This document shows, in pieces, positions 27,714 through 36,350 of a stretch of 64,000 nt of DNA. Each line of letters begins with the position of its first letter. Position 1 is the first letter of the stretch. The notes under the pieces are model-generated. The model had not been told where the DNA came from and ran no database searches. It worked only from the letters and a program-made list of their open reading frames with translations. The translations under genes and the position numbers were made by a program. This stretch comes from an uncultured Candidatus Saccharibacteria bacterium (GTDB taxonomy: Bacteria; Patescibacteriota; Minisyncoccia; Phycocordibacterales; Phycocordibacteraceae), in contig CAZZAT010000001.1 of NCBI GenBank assembly GCA_964652615.1, forward strand, positions 217,886 to 281,885, given 5' to 3'.

Positions 27714-27915
27714 CTTAGGGGGATTCTGTCTCATAGGGAGCCTTGTATTTGCTTGTTTTTGCCTTCCCCTTACCTACTTCTTGCTGCAGTAGGGTCGAAA
27801 ACCTGTATGGGGATAACTTTGCGAAAAGCTCTTCTTCGCGAGATGAATTAGTACTGCCTCTTTATTCTTTTGAACGGAAGCGACCAAGAAAAAGCTGCAG
27901 AGGAGACGGTTATCT

Positions 27916-28629
27916 CTAAATTGTTGAAAGTACGACTCTCACCTTCTCAAACCAAAGAGCATAGCCCTCGCTTGAAGGGTGGAGCCCATCTTTTGAAAGA
28001 TACCTGTCTGGATCTTTGAGGAAGAGATCTCTCCCGCGCGGCTCGTATAGATCTACATAGAGAGCATTGCGGCGAGCTGCTACTTTCTTGAACCATGCAT
28101 GTATACCAAGGTTGAGCCACGTATGAAGCGGCCGAACGATGAGGGGGAATATGACCGCGCCTCCTGCATTTCCGGCGGACATAAGAAGTGTAGTACCCGC
28201 ATCCGGAAGCGTCATCATGAGAATATCAAGCTTCTTTGCTGTTTCTTTTGGAGAATGAAGGAGGAGGATGTCGTTCCCTCCTATCTGAATAAGGATCATG
28301 TCGTAGCGAGAAAGCGTCGCCTTATCTATTTGCGGCTTCAGATCTTCGACGGCAGCACCTGAAACCGCATAGTTTTCGACGTGTGTCGCCCCTATGTGTA
28401 CAGCAAGCCTTCCTGCGACAGACTCTTCAGGAGTATCTGCCCCAACGCCAACTCCTGTTGAGTCGCCAAGCACCAGTAAGGTTTTTGTATAGTCTCCAGT
28501 TTCTTTTGTATATGGCTTCTCATCTGCCATCAACGTGCGCGCCGCCCGAGCGCGAATAAAGAGCATTGTTGCTCTATACGCCACCGCTCCGAGAATACCG
28601 AGCGTTAAAACTATGCCCCAGAAACTCAT
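27916..28629 (-). CDS. SGNH/GDSL-family hydrolase, membrane-anchored
   Basis: 237 aa; LVLGDSTGVG (GDS block), IQIGGNDIL, DGLHPSSEG (DxxH); N-terminal TM. Confidence 0.75.
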   Translation of the reverse strand: MSFWGIVLTLGILGAVAYRATMLFIRARAARTLMADEKPYTKETGDYTKTLLVLGDSTGVGVGADTPEESVAGRLAVHIGATHVENYAVSGAAVEDLKPQIDKATLSRYDMILIQIGGNDILLLHSPKETAKKLDILMMTLPDAGTTLLMSAGNAGGAVIFPLIVRPLHTWLNLGIHAWFKKVAARRNALYVDLYEPRGRDLFLKDPDRYLSKDGLHPSSEGYALWFEKVRVVLSTI

Positions 28630-29009
28630 TAACTCGATTATATATTAAAGAGGTATTTATTACCTGATACAACAATTCTGGTTAGAGAATTAGGGTCTCT
28701 CACGCCACGCCGAAGAGTGTGATACGAAAGTGACTCCTTTTATATCTCGTTTAGAGGCAACGATATTTAGAATTTTATCTTCTTCGAGAACAGAAATTTT
28801 AAAGAAAGTTGTATTTTTTGTTTGTCCGATACAGTTACGGTTCCCGAGACATTTCAAAAAATTGCCTGTGCTTCTTGAAGCATTTGTGTAGATATATTTT
28901 CCTTTTTTAGTCATGGTTGAGTGACAAAATCATATGTTCATTCACTTTCTTTTTTATTTAGAAGAATCATAACGCTTTTCCTTCTTCGTCTCCCGAAAGA
29001 AACGCTAAG

Positions 29010-29396
29010 TTACTCCCCTGGACAAGGCGGAAACGTGCAGTTAGGTCCTGTGCGTCCGAGCGCCGTGCCGTCTGGACAGATAAAAGCATCCATCGTACAA
29101 GCAACTGCTTCTTCTTTTGGAGGACGCGGAACAGATACTTCTACTGATTCTCCATCTGTCTCCTCCCCCTCTGGCGTGAAGTTCTGTTCTGGATTAGTGA
29201 AGGACCGTCCGTCAGGTGTCATGCAGCGCTCGGGATAGCTTTCCATAATTGGATTCCCCGCTTCCCTACACTCTTCAAACGAAGACACTTGAAGTACTTT
29301 TGCACGCCCGAACCCATGATCGTACCCAAGGAAATACCCAAGAGCTGCGCCAAAAGCAATGCTTGCAACAATAAGGAGAAGTATGCGTTTTGCCAT
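29010..29396 (-). CDS. membrane-anchored Cys-rich small protein (8 Cys in ectodomain)
   Basis: 128 aa; N-terminal TM MAKRILLLIVASIAFGAALGYFLG; ...CTMDAFICPDGTALGRTGPNCTFPPCPGE. Confidence 0.5.
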   Translation of the reverse strand: MAKRILLLIVASIAFGAALGYFLGYDHGFGRAKVLQVSSFEECREAGNPIMESYPERCMTPDGRSFTNPEQNFTPEGEETDGESVEVSVPRPPKEEAVACTMDAFICPDGTALGRTGPNCTFPPCPGE

Positions 29397-29410
29397 AGGT
29401 ATAGTATACG

Positions 29411-29453
29411 CCTAAAAAACACCCGCAGCCCTTTGGGGCTGCGGGTGTTTTTA
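29411..29453. terminator. bidirectional terminator
   Basis: acacccgcagcc-ctttgg-ggctgcgggtgt hairpin with flanking A and T runs. Confidence 0.6.
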
Positions 29454-29463
29454 AAGAGATTCT

Positions 29464-29853
29464 TTAGAACCAGCCAAAACCAAAACCTGCAAGGTAGAGA
29501 CCGACGAGTATCGCAACGACACCGTCGATAACAAACCACTTGCGGTCTGCAAGAGCATGCATGACCTTTGTGAGTTTTGCTTCAGGAACAAAGAGATAGA
29601 AGATGCCCTTTACTACCCCTGCCCAACCGATGAAGGTAATAATTGAGGCAGGAAGCGTCGACCAATCATTGTGCATATTCACAATGAAGAGACCGAAGAT
29701 GAGTGCTACGAGACCGCCAATGAGCTGCGCTGCACGTTCTTTTGCTATCGCTACGATAGCGAGCATCATGTGGCGGCGATTCATAAAGAGAGCAAGACCT
29801 GCAATGAGCATGTAGAGCCCGATGACCTTTGCTAAGAGAATGGTAAGCAACAT
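29464..29853 (-). CDS. integral membrane protein, unknown function
   Basis: 129 aa, 4 predicted hydrophobic helices. Confidence 0.5.
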   Translation of the reverse strand: MLLTILLAKVIGLYMLIAGLALFMNRRHMMLAIVAIAKERAAQLIGGLVALIFGLFIVNMHNDWSTLPASIITFIGWAGVVKGIFYLFVPEAKLTKVMHALADRKWFVIDGVVAILVGLYLAGFGFGWF

Positions 29854-29925
29854 AATAAGGATTAACTTGGTATGTACTAAGTATAAAACCTACACGAACC
29901 TACGAGACGGGTACTGGGTATAAGA

Positions 29926-29961
29926 AAACGGCGCGCCCTTTCGGACGCGCCGCCTTTTCTT
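29926..29961. terminator. bidirectional terminator hairpin
   Basis: cggcgcg...cgcgccg stem, TTTTCTT on both strand readings. Confidence 0.55.
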
Positions 29962-29969
29962 GCTCGACC

Positions 29970-30473
29970 TTAGTGATCGAGTGCGCCCTCGCGCACGCGA
30001 CGAATTGCCGTATGCACAAGATTGCTGTTCGAAAGAAGTTCAATCAGGCACACTGCCGTCATGAACAAGGCAATCAGCCAATGAATCGGCTCTGGCTTGT
30101 AGATGCCGAGCGCAGCCAAGATCACCATGAGCGGCACGAGCGTAATCGGAAGTGCCGAGCAGATGAAGTCTGCAAACAAGCGAAACGTCTTCGACGTAAA
30201 CTTCGCTTTCGTGCCTTCATTGGCAGCCCATCCGTTCGCCCCCCAATGGAAAAGCGAGACGGCAATCCAGATAGGCCACATGACTGCTTGTGCTTCCGGC
30301 GTGTTGAGTGATGTGCCGGTCAGAAACAGAAGGATGATGTGGAACGGCGTATAAATCGTGAGTCCTGTCCCGTAGCTGAAACAGAACTCCAGAAAATTGC
30401 CGAGCTTACTCTCCTCCTTTGGTCGACGCTGTTGCGTGATGAGGATTGGGTCACCTCCATCATCGTCGGCCAT
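29970..30473 (-). CDS. integral membrane protein, unknown function
   Basis: 167 aa, acidic N-terminus then 4 hydrophobic helices. Confidence 0.5.
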   Translation of the reverse strand: MADDDGGDPILITQQRRPKEESKLGNFLEFCFSYGTGLTIYTPFHIILLFLTGTSLNTPEAQAVMWPIWIAVSLFHWGANGWAANEGTKAKFTSKTFRLFADFICSALPITLVPLMVILAALGIYKPEPIHWLIALFMTAVCLIELLSNSNLVHTAIRRVREGALDH

Positions 30474-30555
30474 TAGCTACCTCCTTTCAGGTACACCCGT
30501 TTCGTTCACGGGATGAAATGACCATACGATTGTACTTGCGATAAGTCAAGTACAG

Positions 30556-31185
30556 CTACACCCCCACCAACACCCCAAAAATCATCTCCACAAACGAGAA
30601 GAATGGTCTTGCAAACACATAGCTAAATACAATAAGGAAGATAATGAGCGTGAAGAATCCACCTTGCATTACCTGCCCCTCAAACCGCTGAAGCTGAATC
30701 GCGTATTTAAACGGCAGCAGGCCTCGCAATACCGTAAAGCCATCAAGCGGAGGAAACGGAATGAGATTGAAAAGACCTAAGAAAAGGTTCACAAGCGTAA
30801 TCGTTGCCGCTACAGCTCCGAATGCATCGTATCCTGCAGAGAACGCAAAGCGTGCAATGAGCGCAAATACAACTGCAATAAAGAGGTTGGTTGCCACTCC
30901 TGCAATTCCCACTATCGCCTCTCCCCACCTAGCATTCTTCAAGTTATGCGGGTTATACGGCACCGGTTTTGCCCACCCAAAGAGCATGCCTGCGTTTGTA
31001 AGGACCAAAAGGCCTGGAATGAGGATAGAACCCACAAGATCGACGTGCGGGAGAGGGTTTAGGGTAAGACGGCCAGCGAGCTTTGCGGTTGGGTCGCCAA
31101 GAGCATTCGCGGCATACCCATGAGCGACCTCATGGACGATGATGGACAAGATAAGGACGACTATCGTGAAAATGACGGATTCCAT
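30556..31185 (-). CDS. M50-family (site-2-protease-like) zinc metalloprotease
   Basis: Start at MESVIFTIVVLILSIIVHEVAHGYAA (HExxH inside TM1, typical of M50); multiple TM helices. Confidence 0.65.
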   Translation of the reverse strand: MESVIFTIVVLILSIIVHEVAHGYAANALGDPTAKLAGRLTLNPLPHVDLVGSILIPGLLVLTNAGMLFGWAKPVPYNPHNLKNARWGEAIVGIAGVATNLFIAVVFALIARFAFSAGYDAFGAVAATITLVNLFLGLFNLIPFPPLDGFTVLRGLLPFKYAIQLQRFEGQVMQGGFFTLIIFLIVFSYVFARPFFSFVEMIFGVLVGV

Positions 31186-31250
31186 AGATTTCTTAGAGTA
31201 TAGCAAAGGGGTTTGCCGAGGCGAAAGCACCGTGGTATGCTCCCCACACT

Positions 31251-31493
31251 ATGGCACGCGCCTGCGAAATAACCGGAAAGTCGACCCAGGTAGGGGGGCG
31301 ATACTCTAACCGTACCCGCGCAACGCAGTTCAACCCTACCGGCAAGGTACGCCGCAAAGCAAACCTCCAGAAGCGCCGCGTCTATGTAGCGGAGCTTGGT
31401 AAGTCAGTCCTTGTTGACATTAGTGCCAAAGGACTCCGCCACATCAAAAAGAACGGCGCCTACGCCACCCTGAAAAAGGCAGGTATCGTCTAA
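31251..31493 (+). CDS. rpmB: 50S ribosomal protein L28
   Basis: 80 aa; MARACEITGKSTQVGGRYSNR...KVRRKANLQKRRVY... is L28-like. Confidence 0.85.
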   Translation: MARACEITGKSTQVGGRYSNRTRATQFNPTGKVRRKANLQKRRVYVAELGKSVLVDISAKGLRHIKKNGAYATLKKAGIV

Positions 31494-31525
31494 GAAAAGC
31501 CCCGCATACGCGGGGCTTTTCTTAT
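31494..31525 (+). terminator. rho-independent terminator after rpmB
   Basis: aagccccgc-atac-gcggggctt plus TTCTTAT. Confidence 0.65.
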
Positions 31526-31780
31526 GCCGCTTTATCTTTACGGGGTGGCCACGCTTCAACCCTACCTCCCTGTTCATTCATAAGCGCCATGATGCGTTTT
31601 GCAAGAAATTCAGGATCGCCCCCGCCTCCTGCACGATCTACATAGTAAAGAAGGCCTGTTCTGCCATTTTGCCTCGTCCATGTGTCCGCTTCGAAACTCG
31701 GTAGCCACAGCTTCAAGAAGGTCGTCGAGCGACTGTATATGCTGGTTCTGTCGTTCTATATCCATAGAGAAAGTATACCC

Positions 31781-32638
31781 CTAGCGCACCATGACATCCT
31801 TACCATCACTTTCAAACACCACTGCGCCCTCCCCCATCGTGCGATATATGCGGGCACCAGACGCCTCAACGCGAGAAACGACTTCTTCGTGCGGATGTCC
31901 ATAAGAATTATCCTTCCCAGCTGATATCACTACCGCCCCTGGCGCAACTGCAGAAAGAAACGCTTCACCAGTTGAAGTCTTTGACCCATGATGTCCCGCT
32001 TTTAGTACATCGCTTTCAAGTTCCCCGCCAAGTGAGATGAGGTACTGCTCGATACTTTCAGGAGCGTCTCCGGTAAGAAGAAACGAAGTCTCTCCATACA
32101 CGAGCCGCATGACAAGAGAACTTGTATTCGTCTCAACATTTGAAACATCTCTGTCAGGAAACAACACTTCAAGATACGCCCCGCCACCAAGCTCTATACG
32201 GTCTCCGCGGCGCACTTCATAGCGAAGCGCTTGTTCTTCGTGTACTGCAGCAGAAAGAGCGTGCACATAGCTCGTCTGTCCCTCAACGCCTGGAGAAAGA
32301 TACGCTCCCACACGATATCTTTCGAACACGCTCGGCAGCCCTCCAATATGATCTGCGTCTGGATGCGTCTCAATGACCATCTCAAGCGAACGATCGAAAG
32401 GACTCATGCGCTTCCCAAGCTCTCGAAGCACTGAGCGATCTTTCCCGCCATCGATAAGCACTTGTCTTCCCGTTGGGCTCTGTATGAATATCGCGTCTCC
32501 TTGACCTATGTCGAGAAAGGCGACGTGCAATTTTGTTTCTGTCTTTACTAGAGCCAAGAAAACACCTAAATTCAGCAACAAAAGAATACCCGCGCAGCCG
32601 TAGAGGAGTAGTTTTACTTTCTTTGGATACGGGGCCAT
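31781..32638 (-). CDS. metallo-beta-lactamase-fold protein resembling the C-terminal domain of ComEC/Rec2 (standalone gene)
   Basis: Start MAPYPKKVKLLLYG (TM), then HVAFLDIGQGDA...ETHPDADHIGGL (HxHxDH MBL motif)...GHHGSKTS. Confidence 0.7.
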   Translation of the reverse strand: MAPYPKKVKLLLYGCAGILLLLNLGVFLALVKTETKLHVAFLDIGQGDAIFIQSPTGRQVLIDGGKDRSVLRELGKRMSPFDRSLEMVIETHPDADHIGGLPSVFERYRVGAYLSPGVEGQTSYVHALSAAVHEEQALRYEVRRGDRIELGGGAYLEVLFPDRDVSNVETNTSSLVMRLVYGETSFLLTGDAPESIEQYLISLGGELESDVLKAGHHGSKTSTGEAFLSAVAPGAVVISAGKDNSYGHPHEEVVSRVEASGARIYRTMGEGAVVFESDGKDVMVR

Positions 32639-32662
32639 AATGCCCGTACATAATATCTCCAT

Positions 32663-33625
32663 ATGACATATCAGGAAGATCGCTTGGTTTCGCAACTAGA
32701 TAAAAAACGCAAGCAAGAGGAGCAAGCTGCGCGAAGAGCAAAGGCTGAAGCGCCTATAGCAGACGAAAAGACTTTGCGACGAGCAATGGAGTTAGCTCGT
32801 GAACGGGATACCGCATCTCTCTCAATTGATCATCCGTTTTTTGCAAACATATCTGAACAGCAGAAACGAGAGCATAGAAAGTACGTAGCAAAAATGAACG
32901 AGCTCTTTGCTAAGACGATAACTTCTGGAGAAATGGAGCTCCGAACACTCTCAAAAGCATTTGAGTTTGTTATTTCGGAACGCATCAACCGCTCTGGTTG
33001 GCTTGGCGAAATGCACGCGCAGCTCACTACAGAGCGAGATGATTTCTATAACGGAATCGATATGTATGTCGAACGTGACAGCATGCCTATTGGCCTTTCG
33101 TTTGACATTACTTACACAAAAAATAAAGGAACCTTGAAAGAAAAGCTGTTGGATATAAAAAGTCGCCTCTTAGACCAAGGAAACCTTGCCCAACTCGAAT
33201 ACTATCTACCTCTCGACAAGGAAAAACGTGAGGAGTTTGAAACATCCGACGGACACCCACTTGCACTCCCAAAGGTAATCATCGGCGTAACCCGCGAAGA
33301 AATGATTACTGCAGTAAATCGTTACTACGAGAATCGCGACTCAAAGCCTGACGCTACAAACGGACTCATTATGCTTTTTCAAGTTCGCTACCAGCTTAGG
33401 CACTTCTTGCAGTACTGCCAGAAAGAAGCAAAAAGATATCCGCGCATAGAAAAGACAATTCCGTATTACCAAAGAACTCTGGAGGAGATAGAGAAGGTTT
33501 GGACAGAAAAAGTGACATCCCTAAAACTTACTGAAGATGTTGCAACGAACTTTGTGACAAAAGATCCATTTACAAAGAATCTGATAGAACTACTAGACGA
33601 AACGCTCCCTATTAACGGGACATAA
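32663..33625 (+). CDS. hypothetical 320-aa protein, AT-richer, no recognised domain
   Basis: Long ORF with Lys/Glu-rich N-terminus. Co-oriented with the SOD gene 12 nt downstream of its stop. Confidence 0.55.
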   Translation: MTYQEDRLVSQLDKKRKQEEQAARRAKAEAPIADEKTLRRAMELARERDTASLSIDHPFFANISEQQKREHRKYVAKMNELFAKTITSGEMELRTLSKAFEFVISERINRSGWLGEMHAQLTTERDDFYNGIDMYVERDSMPIGLSFDITYTKNKGTLKEKLLDIKSRLLDQGNLAQLEYYLPLDKEKREEFETSDGHPLALPKVIIGVTREEMITAVNRYYENRDSKPDATNGLIMLFQVRYQLRHFLQYCQKEAKRYPRIEKTIPYYQRTLEEIEKVWTEKVTSLKLTEDVATNFVTKDPFTKNLIELLDETLPINGT

Positions 33626-33637
33626 TCTACTCTCACC

Positions 33638-34234
33638 ATGACCTACACCACCCGCGCATTCGACCTCCCAGAATTGAAAGGACTCTCGAAAGAACAGATC
33701 TCTGCCCATCTCGCCCTCTACGAAGGCTACGTAAAACACACGAATCTCATCATGGAGAAGATAGGAAAGCTCCGCGAAGAGGATGCAGAGGCAAATAGCT
33801 ACCTCATCAATGAGCTTCGCCGCCGCATGGGCTTTGAGTTTGATGGCATGCGCATGCATGAATACTATTTCGAGCAGTTTGAGGGAGGAGCAGCCGAGAT
33901 GAAGCAAGAATCACCGCTTGCAGATGCTGCATCTGTAAAATACGGAAGCACGGAAGGCTTCATTAAGCACATCAAGGAAGTGGCAGGAACACGAGGTATT
34001 GGCTGGACCGTTGTGTACTACGACCCAAAGGGTCAAACCCTGCACACAGCATGGGTCTCCGACCATGAGCTTGGCATCCTCGCCGGTCTCCCTATCATCC
34101 TTGCCGTTGATATGTGGGAACACGCATACATGGTCGACTATCTCCCGAAAGAAAAGATGAACTACGTGGATGCATTCCTCTCAAACCTTAACTGGTCAGT
34201 TGTCGAGAAGCGCCTGCTTGAGGCGGCGACATAG
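33638..34234 (+). CDS. Fe/Mn superoxide dismutase family protein (divergent N-terminus)
   Basis: 198 aa; C-terminal ...LPIILAVDMWEHAYMVDY... (D-x-W-E-H metal-ligand block) and ...GMRMHEYYF... His. The 3' end overlaps the convergent ComEC gene. Confidence 0.7.
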   Translation: MTYTTRAFDLPELKGLSKEQISAHLALYEGYVKHTNLIMEKIGKLREEDAEANSYLINELRRRMGFEFDGMRMHEYYFEQFEGGAAEMKQESPLADAASVKYGSTEGFIKHIKEVAGTRGIGWTVVYYDPKGQTLHTAWVSDHELGILAGLPIILAVDMWEHAYMVDYLPKEKMNYVDAFLSNLNWSVVEKRLLEAAT

Positions 34235-35655
34235 TAGATAAGAGCGCCATAGGCGAGAAGGACGCATACGAAAGGAAAGGCGGGTACGGTAAACGCCGCA
34301 AGCGGAACGTTTGCACTTAGCCCCACCATGCTCGTGATGTACGAAAGCAGCGCATACGCAGGCAGCCCTAGAGCAGGGGCGGCACTAGGCACAAGCCAGC
34401 CCGCAAGCATGGCAATAAAGGAGGCAAGCATCGCAAGGGGTACTGCAGGAAGCACCAGCAAGTTTGCAGGGAGGGCAACAACCGAAAAGAGGCCATTTTG
34501 ATACAAGAGAAGCGGCAGCACAGCAATCTGTGCTGCAATCGTTGATGCTGCTATTTCCTGCAAAAATTTCGAGCGCACAAATGAAAGCCAGCGCGAAGTG
34601 ATAGGCGCCCCGAAGATAAGGCCGAGCGTTGCAATAAATGAAAGCTGAAACCCAGGGTCATACGGAAGCGTAAGTGGATTCCAAAGAATCATTATGAGCC
34701 CCGCGAACACAAGCGCCCGAAATGCTTCATACGTCTTCCCTGTTGCTCTTCCATAGAGCGCAATCATAGCCATAAGCCCCGCACGAATGCTTGCAGGTCC
34801 TGCTCCTGCCGCGAGTACGAATACCGCTATCGAGAACACGCCAAGCCCTGCTGACCATCCGCTTGGAAGAAAACCAAATGCCCGCGTGATGAAGTCCGCA
34901 ACAATCATCACATTGTATCCAGACAGCACAACAATATGCACAAGACCTGAACGTATGAAATCATCAAGCAGCTCTTCGCCAAGACCCTGCTTTCCGCCAA
35001 GAATAAGACCGCCCGCAAGAGAAGCGTGAGGCTCTGGAAGTGCTCTCCCAAGTGCGGCAATACCGGAGAATTTCAGATCAGAGAGTGTTCCGCGTATATG
35101 CGTGAAGAAGCCGCTTCGTTTCGCAACAACCGCAACCTCCGCCCGCTCCATGACAAGAAAGATGCCGTCTTTTGCAAGAAAGGCATCATAGGCAAACACG
35201 CGACCTCCATCGGTATCAAAGGGTTCTGGTTCAACAATAACTCCTTGTGCACGTATCTTCTCTCCATAGCGTACTTCTGGATATAGAGGAGAAACGACGA
35301 GTATCTTAGTCTTATGTTCCCCTTCTTCCACTTCAATCGTGAGTCGCTGATTCGTTTCGCGAACATCAGGATCAGCTACAACTATTCCTTCAATCTCTCG
35401 AGTCTCTCGTAGATCTGAAAAAGCAGAAGGCAGTTCAGAGGGATGTAGCTCGGTACGCACCATGCCAAGCGCACTACCAAGAAGGAACATGGCTATAAGG
35501 AGAAATATTCGGAGGCGCTTCCATGTATATACGCCCCACAGTATTCCTGTGAGAAAAAGGATATACACGACTGGCATCCACGAAAGCTCGAAAAGCGACT
35601 GGGCGAGCACGCCAAGTACAAAACCGGCAATTCCTATGAGGGCAAGCTTTTCCAC
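34162..35655 (-). CDS. comEC: ComEC/Rec2 DNA-uptake channel protein (N-terminal and competence domains only, no MBL domain)
   Basis: 497 aa polytopic membrane protein; ...HIVVLSGYNVMIVADFI..., GLIFGAPI, LLLYQNGLFSVVALPANLLVLPAVPLAML are typical of the ComEC competence domain. Confidence 0.75.
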   Translation of the reverse strand: MEKLALIGIAGFVLGVLAQSLFELSWMPVVYILFLTGILWGVYTWKRLRIFLLIAMFLLGSALGMVRTELHPSELPSAFSDLRETREIEGIVVADPDVRETNQRLTIEVEEGEHKTKILVVSPLYPEVRYGEKIRAQGVIVEPEPFDTDGGRVFAYDAFLAKDGIFLVMERAEVAVVAKRSGFFTHIRGTLSDLKFSGIAALGRALPEPHASLAGGLILGGKQGLGEELLDDFIRSGLVHIVVLSGYNVMIVADFITRAFGFLPSGWSAGLGVFSIAVFVLAAGAGPASIRAGLMAMIALYGRATGKTYEAFRALVFAGLIMILWNPLTLPYDPGFQLSFIATLGLIFGAPITSRWLSFVRSKFLQEIAASTIAAQIAVLPLLLYQNGLFSVVALPANLLVLPAVPLAMLASFIAMLAGWLVPSAAPALGLPAYALLSYITSMVGLSANVPLAAFTVPAFPFVCVLLAYGALIYYVAASSRRFSTTDQLRFERNAST

Positions 35656-35894
35656 GTAGCGCAGTGTATAGCAAAACGCCGCCCTTTGCGGGGCGGCGTT
35701 CTCTATCTAATCACCATCGCGCGGTCGAGCATTTTCGCCTTCGAAGAACCAGTCCAAAAAGTCAGGAGCTCGGTGTGGATTGACCACATATTTTGCCTCG
35801 TATTCCATATACTTCAGCAACACGACGAGTACGACGACAACAACTATGACGATATACGCCATGCGACACTCCTTCGTTTACGTCTTCCCCAAAA

Positions 35895-36335
35895 CTAGAC
35901 CTTGCGAAGCTTTTTGTCCATAGCTTTGTTTGCAAGCTCGTCTGCATCCTTATTCTTCTCTCGGGGCACATGTTCGAACGAGACGTTTCCAAAGCTTCGT
36001 GAAATGACATTGCGCAGCTCAAGATGACGCGGAATTAAGTTCGGATGCTTCACTTTATACGCGCCGCGCATCTGTTCAACCACAAGCTTTGAATCCATGC
36101 GCACGATAACGTCATGCGTTTTGAAATGACTTTCAGGGAACTCTTTTGTAAGTGCCTGCAGGCCGCGTATGACTGCCTCGTATTCTGCAACATTGTTCGT
36201 TGCTTCCCCTAAATAGTCAGAAACCTCTACCACCCGCTTCCCGCTCATATCAAAAGCAACGGCTCCTGCGCCTGCGGGCCCTGGATTCCCGCGCGCTCCG
36301 CCGTCAGCGTAGAGGGTGTAGTGCATTGAAACCAA
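35895..36335 (-). CDS. rnhA: ribonuclease HI
   Basis: 146 aa; LYADGGARGNPGPAGAG...NNVAEYEA...HVPREKNKDADELAN. Confidence 0.85.
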   Translation of the reverse strand: MVSMHYTLYADGGARGNPGPAGAGAVAFDMSGKRVVEVSDYLGEATNNVAEYEAVIRGLQALTKEFPESHFKTHDVIVRMDSKLVVEQMRGAYKVKHPNLIPRHLELRNVISRSFGNVSFEHVPREKNKDADELANKAMDKKLRKV

Positions 36336-36350
36336 GTGTACCAGCGAAAC

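Noticed and set aside
28690-28914. 74-aa ORF in a very AT-rich spacer
   Set aside because: No Shine-Dalgarno, low-complexity Lys/Asn-rich translation. It was kept out of the features, and the AT-rich block may instead be regulatory.
31522-31716. 64-aa minus-strand ORF overlapping the rpmB terminator
   Set aside because: No RBS, Gly-rich low-complexity translation, and it overlaps a terminator hairpin.
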